NCBI GenBank assembly: GCA_030141605.1
Contig: JAQGDQ010000826.1
Span: 1-64,000 of the forward strand
Direction of reading: 5' to 3'
Length of the DNA stretch: 64,000 bases
Source of the DNA: Tubiluchus corallicola
Lineage: Eukaryota > Animalia > Priapulida
Shown here one piece after another: positions 1-11,230 of the stretch (position 1 is the first letter of the stretch; each line of letters starts with the position of its first letter). A model generated the notes under the pieces. That model had not been told where the DNA came from, ran no database searches, and was given only the letters and a program-made list of their open reading frames with translations. Made by a program: the position numbers and the translations under genes.

Positions 1-362
1 TGTCACTTTGCTCGTATTCCTGGTGTAAAGTTATTTTCATCTTTATTTGCTGTCACATTTCAATTTTACGTTCACTACTTCTCATCTGTTTTTGTTTATA
101 CAGTTTGACAGTATTTAATTTGTTTTTGGTTTAAACTGTTCGTTTAAGTTTGTAAGGTGTTGCATGCTATTTTCTACCTTCATTTTTGAGTTATGTTTTT
201 GCAATTTAGCTTTATAGGTTGCACAAACTTAAATTACTTCCACGTTAACTGCTGCTTAATTTTCGCTAGAATCTAGAGACTATATTAACTTTAGGTAATT
301 AGAAGGGTGACTGACTTAATAACCCATATGGTTACTCGCCACCGCCTACCCATTCTCCAACA

Positions 363-640
363 GACCAGACGGTTAAGTCCTAGTGCTAATGAGTCTGCTT
401 CACGCTATGGAGTCGTGAGTTCGAAACAGCGGCTGGGTCATACCAAAGACTTTGAAAATGGTACCTGCTGTTGCCCTGTCTGGCGCGTGGTATTTAGGGT
501 AAAAGTGGGGTAATAATAGTCTCTGTTTTGTAGTTGTAGTTTGTTATTTACAGTCGGCTAATAGCTCTTTGGAGCTTATGTTAATTGTTGATCCAAATGT
601 TTAAATAAAGATTATTATTATTATTATTATTATTTTATTA
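363..640 (+). mobile_element. tRNA-derived SINE with Meta-like central domain (left arm of palindrome)
   Basis: A/B-box-like head, GGTCATACCAAAGACTTT.AAAATGGTACCTGCTG core, AAATAAAGATT(ATT)n tail. Confidence 0.75.
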
Positions 641-708
641 TTGTTGTTATTATTATTATTATTATTATTATTTTATTTTATTATTATTATTATTGTAGTA
701 GTAGTAGT

Positions 709-748
<40 letters not shown>

Positions 749-885
749 TCTGAACTTAGATATCTATGTGTGTACGAAATAAATAATAATAATCTAATAT
801 AAAATCTGACTGCGTGATTAAGTTATGATTGTTATGTGAAATATATTACATCTCATGGACTGCACCAATCTCACACTCTTGTTAA

Positions 886-1330
886 CCCTTTCAGTCCCAA
901 ATTATTTTTTAATAAAACAAAATTTTTGGCTTGGTACTTTTGTTCAGTATGTCCATCTTGTTTACGCATAATAATTATTTTTTCTACCTGTGCCCGCTTG
1001 CTGAATATAGCCTGTATCCCACGGGATACATTGAGATTCAATGGAAGCATAAAATGTGCTTCATTTTGCAACTGCTGATAATTTTTTAAAGTATTTAAGA
1101 CATTTAGTATGCATGCTATGCTGATCTCTACAAAGTCGTCTCTAAAGTACTGTACCTTGCGCAGTTTTTTATGCTATGCAGATTTTCTAGTTTGCATTTT
1201 ATCACCATTTTAGTCTATTGTTATTGGCTTAAATCAAAATAACTAGTAGCAGATCAAATAACTGTCAGTTTTAAATTTTAAAGGCAGAAAATATTCTCGT
1301 ATCCCACGGGATACAACGGGTATGATAGGG
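886..1330 (+). mobile_element. piggyBac-type MITE
   Basis: TTAA|CCCTTTCA...TGATAGGG|TTAA; five copies in the window. Confidence 0.8.
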
Positions 1331-1504
1331 TTAATATGACTGTGAGATTGCACAGTCCATGAGATGTAACATTTCACATAACAATCATAACTTAATCACG
1401 TAGTCAGATTTTATATTAGATTGTTATTATTTATTTGCTTCGTACACACATAGATATCTAAGTTCAGAGAATAATAATAATAATATTTTCTACTACTACT
1501 ACTA

Positions 1505-1768
1505 CTACTAATAATAATAATAATCTTTATTTAAAGTCAGCTTTTGGGTCAACAATTAACATTAGCTCAAAGAGCTATTATTGCTGACTGTAAATAACAA
1601 CCTTCAAGTGCATAACAGAGACTATTATTACCCCACTTTTACCCTAAATACCACGCGTCAGGCAGGAACCATTTTTAAAGTCTTTGGTATGACCGGCCGC
1701 TGGTTCGAACTCACGACCTCCCAGACGGAAAGCAGACTCATTAGCACTAGATTTAACTGTCTGGTCTG
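1505..1768 (-). mobile_element. tRNA/Meta-like SINE (right arm of palindrome)
   Basis: Reverse complement of the 363-640 copy; shares the GCTAATGAG variant with it. Confidence 0.75.
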
Positions 1769-2471
1769 TTGAGAATGGGTGGCGGGTGGCGCAAGTAACC
1801 ATATGGGTTACAGAACCAGCCATCCTTCTAATTACGAGAAGTGTTTAGCGACAGTTAAGCAGCAGTTGATATATAAACAACTTAAGCTAGTGCATCTTAT
1901 GAAACAAACACCTGGAAAACCATGAAAGAATGGAAAAGCATAATATCAAAAACAAAGGTAGAAAACAGCATACGACATCGTGCAGACTTAAACAAACAGT
2001 TAAAAAGCATAAACAAACTAAATTACTGTCGAAGTGAAACTGTATAAACAAAAACAGATGAGAAGTAATAGTGAATGCAAACTAGAAATATGAAAGCAAA
2101 TAACTATACACCAAGAATAAGAGCAAAGTGGCAATTTTAACAATGAAACTGGGCATGATAAGTTAAAAATTAAAGAGAATGACGTATATACACAAGTAAG
2201 TTTGGTCAGACAAATGAACGCGTTTTCTGAAGATCACAAACTGATTAAAGCATTGAAATGTAACTTTGATACGTTTGCTGCATCTTTCTATTCAAGCATA
2301 CTGAACTAGCCTATTTCAATAACGTTCTGAATATCATTTACAATAGAATTCAGATTACAGCCAGCGGCATCTTAGATTACATGAAGCTTGTGAAGGTCTC
2401 AATACGAAGCGTATGAAGGTCTCAGTATGTACTGGAATGCAGAGAAAAATTCACCTACTTCTTGAACAAGA

Positions 2472-3617
2472 TATGAACATCAGTACGTCAAATGTGCACA
2501 CTTCTATTGTATATGAACACCAGTACGTCAAATGTACACACTTCTATTTGTATATGAACACCAGTACGTCAAATGTACACACTTCTATTGTATATGAACA
2601 TCAGTACGTCAAATGTACACACTTCTATTTGTATATGAACACCAGTACGTCAAATGTACACACTTCTATTTGTATATGAACATCAGTACGTCAAATGTAC
2701 ACACTTCTATTTGTATATGAACACCAGTACGTCAAATGTACACACTTCTATTTGTATATGAACACCAGTACGTCAAATGTACACACTTCTATTTGTATAT
2801 GAACACCAGTACGTCAAATGTACACACTTCTATTTGTATATGAACATCAGTACGTCAAATGTACACACTTCTATTTGTATATGAACACCAGTACGTCAAA
2901 TGTACACACTTCTATTTGTATATGAACATCAGTACGTCAAATGTACACACTTCTATTTGTATATGAACACCAGTACGTCAAATGTACACACTTCTATTTG
3001 TATATGAACATCAGTACGTCAAATGTACACACTTCTATTTGTATATGAACATCAGTACGTCAAATGTACACACTTCTATTGTATATGAACATCAGTACGT
3101 CAAATGTACACACTTCTATTTGTATATGAACAGCAGTACGTCAAATGTACACACTTCTATTTGTATATGAACATCAGTACGTCAAATGTACACACTTCTA
3201 TTTGTATATGAACACCAGTACGTCAAATGTACACACTTCTATTTGTATATGAACATCAGTACGTCAAATGTACACACTTCTATTTGTATATGAACATCAG
3301 TCCGTCAAATGTACACACTTCTATTTGTATATGAACACCAGTACGTCAAATGTACACACTTCTATTTGTATATGAACACCAGTACGTCAAATGTACACAC
3401 TTCTATTTGTATATGAACACCAGTACGTCAAATGTACACACTTCTATTTGTATATGGACACCAGCACGTCAAATGTACACACTTCTATTGTATATGAACA
3501 TCAGTACGTCAAATGTGCACACTCTATTTGTATATGAACACCAGTACGTCAAATGTGCACACTTCTATTTGTATGTGAACATCAGTACGTCAAATGTACA
3601 CAGTTCTATTTGTATGT
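2472..3617. repeat. 41-bp minisatellite (~28 copies)
   Basis: ATGAACACCAGTACGTCAAATGTACACACTTCTATTTGTAT. Confidence 0.95.
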
Positions 3618-4579
3618 GGCTATTTGAAACATTAATTTTACAAGTGGATTTAGCTGATAATTGTACTTTAAATAAGCAAAAAATCTAGCCAAAACATCGT
3701 TCAAACTAAAAAATCTGGTATGCAAACATTTATGCACGTATATGCCAATATTAAACCATAGTGAAATGAAATTTAAAAAAATAACTTAGATTTAACCAAA
3801 GTAATTACTTTGTACGAATCTTTTAACGCATGTTCTTCGCCACCCCTTCCCATTTGGTTGACTATTATAATTATGCTACTAAGCTTTAATCGATGTTGTA
3901 TGTGGGAAAAACAATAAATGATTTGATTTGATTTGTTCCCAGTTTGATTTGATTTGTTCCCAGTTTTGCCTCGGCATTCTCTTCCCTAGTTTAGCTACAG
4001 CTTGGCTTATCAATCAAAATTTTAAACCTGTAAATTAGCAGCTTCAATGATTCGCAATAACCAGACTTAAATTTTAATCCCACAATCTAACAGACCATTT
4101 AAACCAAGCAAGCGATTAACTACAGATTTCTAGAGGCTGCAGATCACAGCAAACGGGTTGTCGAGTATTTATGGTAGCTCACATATATGAAAGCGCGTTT
4201 ATTTAGCCGTGAGCGTACAGTTTACATTCAGGTGCGGCTGACTGTACACAATTATCTAAAGCAATACATCCTAAACGTATGACAATACTGTTTACATAGT
4301 ACAGTCATATATGTGTGCAGGTATGGCCAAACTGCAAGGCCAAATACTTTTGCTTAACTTATGACACGAGTCATCTTGCAGTGCTGCAAACATACATGAT
4401 TGAATTTATGATGACACTTTTTGGTGGTGACCCCAATAGGACCAAGCACAGTCTAATTTCAGTAATTTGGCAACTATGCATTCAAAGTTAAAACCCAGGT
4501 TAACCTCACTGTCTAATATATATATATACAGATAGATAATATATACATAACATATATATAGATATATATATATATATAT

Positions 4580-5010
4580 AACAAATTAGGACAAATACCC
4601 ACTATGGAACGAACTCTGTAATCAAGCAAGCAATTCTACTTTGGACTTCTCTACCATTACAGGTTAAACAAATCAAGTCCCTATCAGCATTTAAAACAAA
4701 ATTAAAATCACTAATATTAACCAGATATGAAGTACCATCACGCCAGTACGACAACGTACACACTAATTCAGAATTCATATATCCATGGCCATATTAATTA
4801 AATCATAGTTTTTTTCATTTTTTTGTGCATAGTTGTAAATATGTTTGATTTTATTCGTCGTTACTTTCCATTACTGCACAGTAGTTTAGATTGCACTGAC
4901 GCATTTGCCTTTAGCAGTGTAAGTTTTTATTAACTAACACAGATTGATCATCTCTGTAAAGTTTTTATCAGTGATTATCAATGTATTTTAATGGTAAATA
5001 AAGATTATTA
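4580..5010 (+). mobile_element. CR1/L2-group LINE 3' fragment
   Basis: QIRTNTHYGTNSVIKQAILLWTSLPLQVKQIKSLSAFKTKLK resembles an ORF2 end; near-identical to 17455-17883. Confidence 0.7.
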
Positions 5011-5301
5011 AATATATATAGATATATATATATATAAAATAATCTATATTTGCCATTAAAATATATATATGTCTAGAAAATAATTATAGGTTTACTGAAT
5101 GACTACTTCAGTAACATATGCTTTGTTTCAAAGTACTGCACCAGTTTGCTATTTCTATATATCTTGTACAATGTAATGATTACAGGTGCCACTGGTTTTT
5201 AATTCCACTTTCGCATGCGCAAAAATTGGATAATTAATTAGGCCAAATACAAGTTCATTCTCAGTATATATATATATATTTAAGATTTAAGTATGGTTGT
5301 A

Positions 5302-5339
<38 letters not shown>

Positions 5340-5349
5340 TATATATATA

Positions 5350-5970
5350 ATCTTTATTTGCCATAAAAATTGATATTCATAACTATAAAAGCATAAAAGA
5401 ACATCGCAGCATGAGAATAAAATTCACACAACTGTTAAAGGCAAATGCGTCCAGTGCAAACTAAAAACTACTGTGCCAAAAATTTAAAACAAAATATACA
5501 TTATAATATTACATGGAAATTATAATAAACTATATACAATATATACATATAATTTAAAATTTGTGGATGAATATATTTATCGTTTACGTGTGTTGGTTTT
5601 CACAACATTTAATGTATGTATTTTTAATTTTGATTTGACTTCGTAAAGACTTGATTTGTTTTAAATTTGATGGCTTGGTATTCCAAAGTTGAACTCATTG
5701 TTTAGTGATAGCACTTAAAAATACTTATCTGATGCGCCCTCTGGTTCTAGTGTCCATATAATTGAAAATTTGCGCATGAATATATATTATCGTTTACGTA
5801 TGTTGGGTTTTCAAAACGATTTAATGTACGTATTTTTAATTTTGATTTGACTTCGTTGAAAGACTTGATTTGTTTTAAATTTGATGGCTTGGTATTCCAA
5901 AGTTGAACTCATTGTTTAGTGATAGCACTTAAAAATACTTATCTGATGCGCCCTCTGGTTCTAATGTCCA
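5350..5970 (-). mobile_element. Diverged CR1/L2-group LINE 3' fragment with ~200-bp internal tandem duplication
   Basis: QLWNTKPSNLKQIKSL remnant; shared 3'UTR motif; 5570-5757 repeated at ~5778-5970. Confidence 0.6.
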
Positions 5971-6377
5971 GCAGCGTATTGTACTACTCCTTTAGGCACA
6001 CCTTAATGGACTTTAAAACGCTGGTTTAATCCTGATCAAATCCCTTACTTCAACTGATGTAAATTTGTAAGTATTTAAAAGCCTTAAACACAATGCTGCC
6101 GAACAAAACTTTAAAGTTAAGCGTTTAGTTTATGCAAATTTATTTAAGGCATCGGCTAGAAAGTTCTAATACCGACTTGTGTTCATCAGCAAATTTGCCA
6201 GCCTGGACACGAAATAGAAAAATTGGAACTTCAATAAACAAATTAAAGACCAATGAATTGGTAATTAAATTCGCTTTTTAACAGAAAATGAGCGGGTTTA
6301 CTTTTAGTCACTTAGTGGCTGACCTGTAGTCACTACAGTAAGAAATGGCATTTCTACTAAAATCTAGTAGTGGTGAC

Positions 6378-6797
6378 TAGGGGTGAGCATCGAACGTTCG
6401 AATCGAATTCGTACGCTTGGATTCGATTCGCACGAGTTTTTTCAGTTCGAACTCAATTCGATTCCAAAACTATAGATTCGAATAATTCAGCACTTCAATC
6501 ACACATTTTCTTTATCACTAAAACGATTTAAACATCATGCAATTAGCATAATTTAGCTGTGATTTCTGCACACAATTTTAAAGAAATTACTAGTCGTTTT
6601 ATTGCAGAACAAAATCTAGTGATATGCATGATCTTTGTAAGACTAATTTTATTTGGTGGTTCGAAAACTTGTTCGAAAATCTTTCAATCTCAATTCGAAT
6701 TCGTACCGAATTCGAAACACTGAGTTCGGTTCGAATTCGAAAGTCACAAATTCGGTTCAATTCGAATTCGCTTTCTGGTAGAGAATGCTCACCCCTA
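6378..6797. mobile_element. hAT-like MITE with TTCGA subterminal repeats
   Basis: TIR TAGGGGTGAGCAT / ATGCTCACCCCTA; perfect 8-bp TSD GTGGTGAC. Confidence 0.85.
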
Positions 6798-6805
6798 GTG
6801 GTGAC

Positions 6806-7586
6806 TGGTGAGCATTCTATGTCCGAAAGTGAATTCGAATCAAATTTTTGACTTTCGAACTCGAACCAAACCGAATTTTTTAAGGTTTCAAATCAGAATC
6901 GAATTCAGTTTTAAAGATTTTCGAATCGTTGAGGATAGACAGTCTCGCAAAGATCGTGCATATTGCTTGATTTTGTTCTGCAGTAAAAACATTGATATTC
7001 ATTTAAAATTGTACACATAAATCACAGCTAAATTGTGCTAATTGCATGCCGTTTCAAACGTTTTAATGATAAAGTGTTACATAGTTTAAGGTGGTGAATT
7101 ATTGGAATATATTAAAAAAACTCGTAAGATAAGATAAGATAAAATAAGATAATATTTATTTTCATCGGTATGATATAAACAGTACATATTTGTAAAACAT
7201 GAGCTTAAAGCTCGTAAACCGATATCAAACATAATGTATATGAGCGATAACATGGTAATAATATGTACTTCTTAAAATCTTTTGGATGCCACCAGAGGTA
7301 TTGGTACAAGAAAAATTTATAACTACATGAAGACAGTAAAAATTTGAGACAGTAAAATTTTAGGCAGTAACATTTTCTAAAATTTACACAAAAAGCTATC
7401 TAGGTCAATAAAAATTTTTCCTGCCAACATTTCAGCATTTAATTACGACTTAACAAAATTGGGAAGTTTGCTGAATTTACAAATGGCACATTTACATGAT
7501 GCACCAGTCCATGAGTTAATTAGACGTTTAAATTCCCCAAGATTTTCGGCCATTCGTTCGAATGGAACAGTCGATGCTCAGTCCTA
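6806..7586. mobile_element. Older inverted copy of the same TTCGA-rich MITE with a nested insertion (~7125-7540)
   Basis: Reverse-complement similarity to 6378-6797; ends GATGCTCAGTCCTA; insert begins with (TAAGA)n. Confidence 0.6.
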
Positions 7587-8218
7587 GTTTGCACCACCAC
7601 CACCACCACCACCACCCCCCCCCCCCCCGATAAGAGTATTAAACGCTTCAGTGGCATATTCTCTGTTCTGCTGCTCTAGAGTACAACACGCAGGGCAACC
7701 AACCTAGTTGTTTATTTTCAAAAAAATTCTTGTAACTAATCTGCTATACTACGACGCTGCCAAACTTCTCCAGCTAGCATCTAATTATCTGGAAAACGGG
7801 TTCCTAACATGTTGAGGAAGTCAAAAAGTCTTCATGCTGTGGTCTAATTTGAGATTTCCACCACCACCGAGATGACGTCATTGAAACTAAGCCCCATTTG
7901 TGGCTCGTGTTATCGGTACATTTTAAACTGGCTTCTTGGCAGTACTTCATGTGATTAAGTCTATGAATGGGTGATTAAGTGAATGAGAGACTGCTTAGGT
8001 TCTCTTTAGCGCAGCACCACTTTTCACACAACTCAGAATTATTCTTTTTCTTTAGCTGACTAAAGTTTTTACGAAATTCACAGTAGAACAACAAATTTGC
8101 AAGGACGTCAAAGTCACTGCTTAACTCTTTCAAACATGATTCAACAAACCAAATAAACTTAAGACTTGTTTAAATATCGCTGCCTGTTCAGATTCAAATC
8201 TCTTAGTATTATTTAGTT

Positions 8219-8694
8219 CAGGGGTGTGCAAATTATCTGACTAGCCGGGCCACATTAAACTTTCCCGCAATTCCTGCGGGCCACAGGCAGTTTGATCGAG
8301 GAGCCCCAGTACAGAAAGGCCTAATAACGATTTTTTTGCATCCGACCTGTGTACATCATTACACTCAAGAAACTATTTTCGAAGTTATTAAAATTTATAT
8401 TACAAACCATATATTTCTACTTTCAGGACAGATAGTGGTAATTTCATTACAATGCATATTAGTAATGTGTATCACACAGTCTGTGTATACAGTGACATTA
8501 AGCTACAACCATCTTGTAAGGGTTAATGGCATCCGATCTAGTAGAAAAAACTAACCGCACTATCTTCGGGATCGTTGCACGGACTTCAGCTGGATACACT
8601 CAATTAATCACCCGGGCCACACTTTCATTAGGTTGACAAATCTCTTTGCGGGAAGCAGGAATTCTCTCGGCGGGCCGCAATTTGCACACCCCTG
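8219..8694 (+). mobile_element. hAT (Buster/Charlie-type) MITE
   Basis: TIR CAGGGGTGTGCAAATT; 8-bp TSD ATTTAGTT. Confidence 0.88.
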
Positions 8695-9064
8695 ATTTAG
8701 TTTGTCATGAACACTCATCTTTCTGATAAGTATTTAATTAATCTAAAGCTTTTTATGTGAATTCATCCCATGTATCAAAAATATAATGATACTTTGAAAC
8801 ACACCCATGTGAATAGTTGCTATGGATAATTTTTATATGAGCAATCTCCGGTGCCTAATAAAAAAGTTAAGTAACTAGATCACTGGAGGGAAGCCAAAAA
8901 TTCACTAAATATTATCAGAATGACATTAAATTCCATGATTAAGAAAAGGAAACATTAAAAACATTCGTGTACGGAGTAGATCAAAGTACGCGTCTCCGAT
9001 ATTCGCTAACAACTTTCTGTTGTAAAATCCAACCCAAACATGATCTGCCTTAAAAATGTATGTG

Positions 9065-9101
<37 letters not shown>

Positions 9102-9112
9102 GTATATATGTA

Positions 9113-9537
9113 CGGGATGCCCACACTGTATCTCGACACTAGGCGGAGGTGCTGCACAAGCAGCCAACGGCTAGAGGGCAGAGGAGGTCAAGTGACCCAA
9201 CGGCCATGTGTAGAGGAGTAAACCTTCCAATTCAGGAGTGGAGCCCCGAAGGCGGACCAGAGCAGCATGCTCACTGACTCCGGCAGCTCCTGGAGCTAAC
9301 CTGGTGCCAAACGTATCGCTCCGCTTTCCTTTGGACTACACCAGGGAGGAAGAGAGGGGGTTCCTGCGGTCTGGGCAACACAGGATCTCCATACACCTTG
9401 CCCAGGCGTGCACCCTGGAGAGGTTCAAGGATCGCACTGCTCAGCCACAGTAGACACTGCAGCTCCATCAATGTGACCAATAACTGACTCTCTTGGCGCA
9501 CACTCCATTGTCTTCCGAGACAGAAGGATGCCAACAA
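9113..9537 (+). mobile_element. Same RTE-derived body without 5S head
   Basis: Begins CGGGATGCCCACACTG, i.e. at the 5S/body junction; ends ..CAGAAGGATGCCAACAA; lies in a (TA)n tract. Confidence 0.85.
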
Positions 9538-9898
9538 TATATATATAACGTATACATATAATGTGTTTACCATGCATTACAGTGGTACGGACTACACACA
9601 ATTTGGAAAACTTATTGGTCTACCACTAATACTCTAATTGACAAGCTTTAATTAATTACTTCCTTTGCTCAAATTGAGCAAACCAGTTTGTAGTTATGGA
9701 GTCACTCAGTCAGTCAGTCAGTGAATTTTATCATTAAAAAGGCATCACTGATCCCCCACAATATTTTCACACTGATAAGCAGGAGTATAATCCAGCCTTT
9801 ACTTGTTTAAGGACTTTCAAACAGCAGACTAATGTAGTCTTCTGATAGGGTTGTTAATGCAATAATCAAAAGTTTAGTGAATTACAAATTATGACTGC

Positions 9899-10346
9899 TA
9901 ACTTATATCCCGTGCGATACGAGAATATTTTCTGCCTTTAAAATTAATAAAATTTTAAAACTGACAGTTATTTGATCTGTTAATAGTTATTTTGATTTAA
10001 GCCAATAACAATAGACTAAAAATGGCGATAAAATGGCAAACTAAAAAATCTACATAGCATAAAAAACTGTGCAAGGTACAGTACTTTAGAGACGACTTTG
10101 TACAGATCAGCATAGCGTGCATACTAAATGTCTTAAATACTTTAAAAAATTATCAGCAGTTGCAAAATGAAGCACATTTTATGCTTCCATTGAATCTCAA
10201 TGTATCCCGTGGGATACAGGCTATATTTAGCACGCGGGCACAGGTAGAAAAAATAATTATTATGTGTAAACAAGATGGACATACTGAACAAAAGTTCGAA
10301 GCCAAAAATTTTTTCTTATTGAAAAAATAATTTGGGACTGAAAGGG
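9899..10346 (-). mobile_element. piggyBac-type MITE, one end damaged
   Basis: Same family; intact TGAAAGGG|TTAA at 10346-10350. Confidence 0.78.
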
Positions 10347-10409
10347 TTAACAGCCTTAAGTTTCCAACGGATTTAGAAGTGCAAGTTTGTTACGAAAGGA
10401 GCGTCTTAC

Positions 10410-10595
10410 CTTAAAATTGCTGCTACCAAGCCATTCCTTGAGCTGATCAACAAGTTGGTCCATAACAAGTCCATCACAGTGTAACGACCCGCCGCCTTTC
10501 AAATACTCGATGAGATCCTGACCCACCTGTAAGCGCTTTTTTGTATCAGCTATTGCCAGAAGTGGCAAGAACTCTTCTAGATTATCGGCCGCCAT
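10410..10595 (-). CDS. CLASP: CLIP-associating protein (CLASP/Orbit/Mast), first coding exon, start of TOG1 domain
   Basis: MAADNLEEFLPLLAIADTKKRLQVGQDLIEYLK..MDQLVDQLKEWLGSSNFK|gtaaga resembles the CLASP N-terminus (KRLQVGQELIDY..LVDGL..WVNSSNYK); phase-0 donor. No later exons identified in 1-10409. Confidence 0.88.
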
Positions 10596-11099
10596 CTTTG
10601 GAGAACAAGAGATTTTTTCTATGCTTGATGAAAATGGGAGAAGGGGGTCAGACACAACACACTTGCAGGCACTAACCAAGTCGCGTTCTGCAGTTAAATC
10701 ACAGCACAAAATTTAAGCACAAAACGGAAAACCATCTGCAACAACTTATCCAGAATTCTACAGAGAAATCTGCAAGAACAAAAAAAGTTTTGAGAAATTT
10801 ATCAACAGATACCTGTACTGTAAAATGTTTGGTGCCACAGTACTTGGATTAACTAATGTTAATGCTATTTCAAATAGAGGGCTGAAACAGTTAACCGACC
10901 GCTAACTGGGGTAACCATTTAGAAAATCACTAACCATTTAACTGTTACTTAGCTAAGTTTTCTACATATCCGTATTAATGAAATCTACCATCTTTTCTGA
11001 GTTGGCTTGCACAGTTAGCAATGTCCCGCTTACACAAAATTATACTATTTACAACATTGTTTCAATTAATTTCGTTACTTAGGAAGCGCCTAAGTCCTA

Positions 11100-11230
11100 A
11101 ACGGTAAATTGCGACACGTTCTTCACTTGCGTATTTTACAAGGATGCCGCCATGTTAGATTTGAACCGCACCACTTACTCGCGCAAGTCATGTGTATTTG
11201 ATTTTTTCTTATATGTATGACGTCATCGGA
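11100..11230 (-). promoter_or_regulatory. Putative CLASP promoter/5' end: YY1-like AACATGGCGGC and CRE palindrome ATGACGTCAT
   Basis: gccgccatgtt at ~11146-11156; atgacgtcat at ~11217-11226; locally CpG-richer, about 550 bp upstream of the CLASP ATG. Confidence 0.4.

Larger units (their letters stand above)
1..2133. repeat. Large imperfect palindrome (arms 1-881 and 1335-2133) around a MITE
   Basis: Position 1 TGTCACTTTGCTCGTATTCC matches revcomp of ~2113-2133; inner ends CTCACACTCTTG|TTAA and TTAA|TATGACTGTGAG. Confidence 0.88.

Noticed and set aside
5990-6060. Possible next CLASP exon (GLNQRFKVH resembles RLQDRFKAQ)
   Set aside because: In-frame stop immediately after and no convincing splice sites.
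1-10409. U4atac snRNA, which lies in a CLASP1 intron in vertebrates
   Set aside because: No ACCATCCTTTTCTTGGGG-like sequence seen on either strand by eye.
10596-10709. N-terminal extension of the CLASP ORF in the ORF track
   Set aside because: Non-ATG start; homology begins at ATG 10595, which is in good Kozak context.
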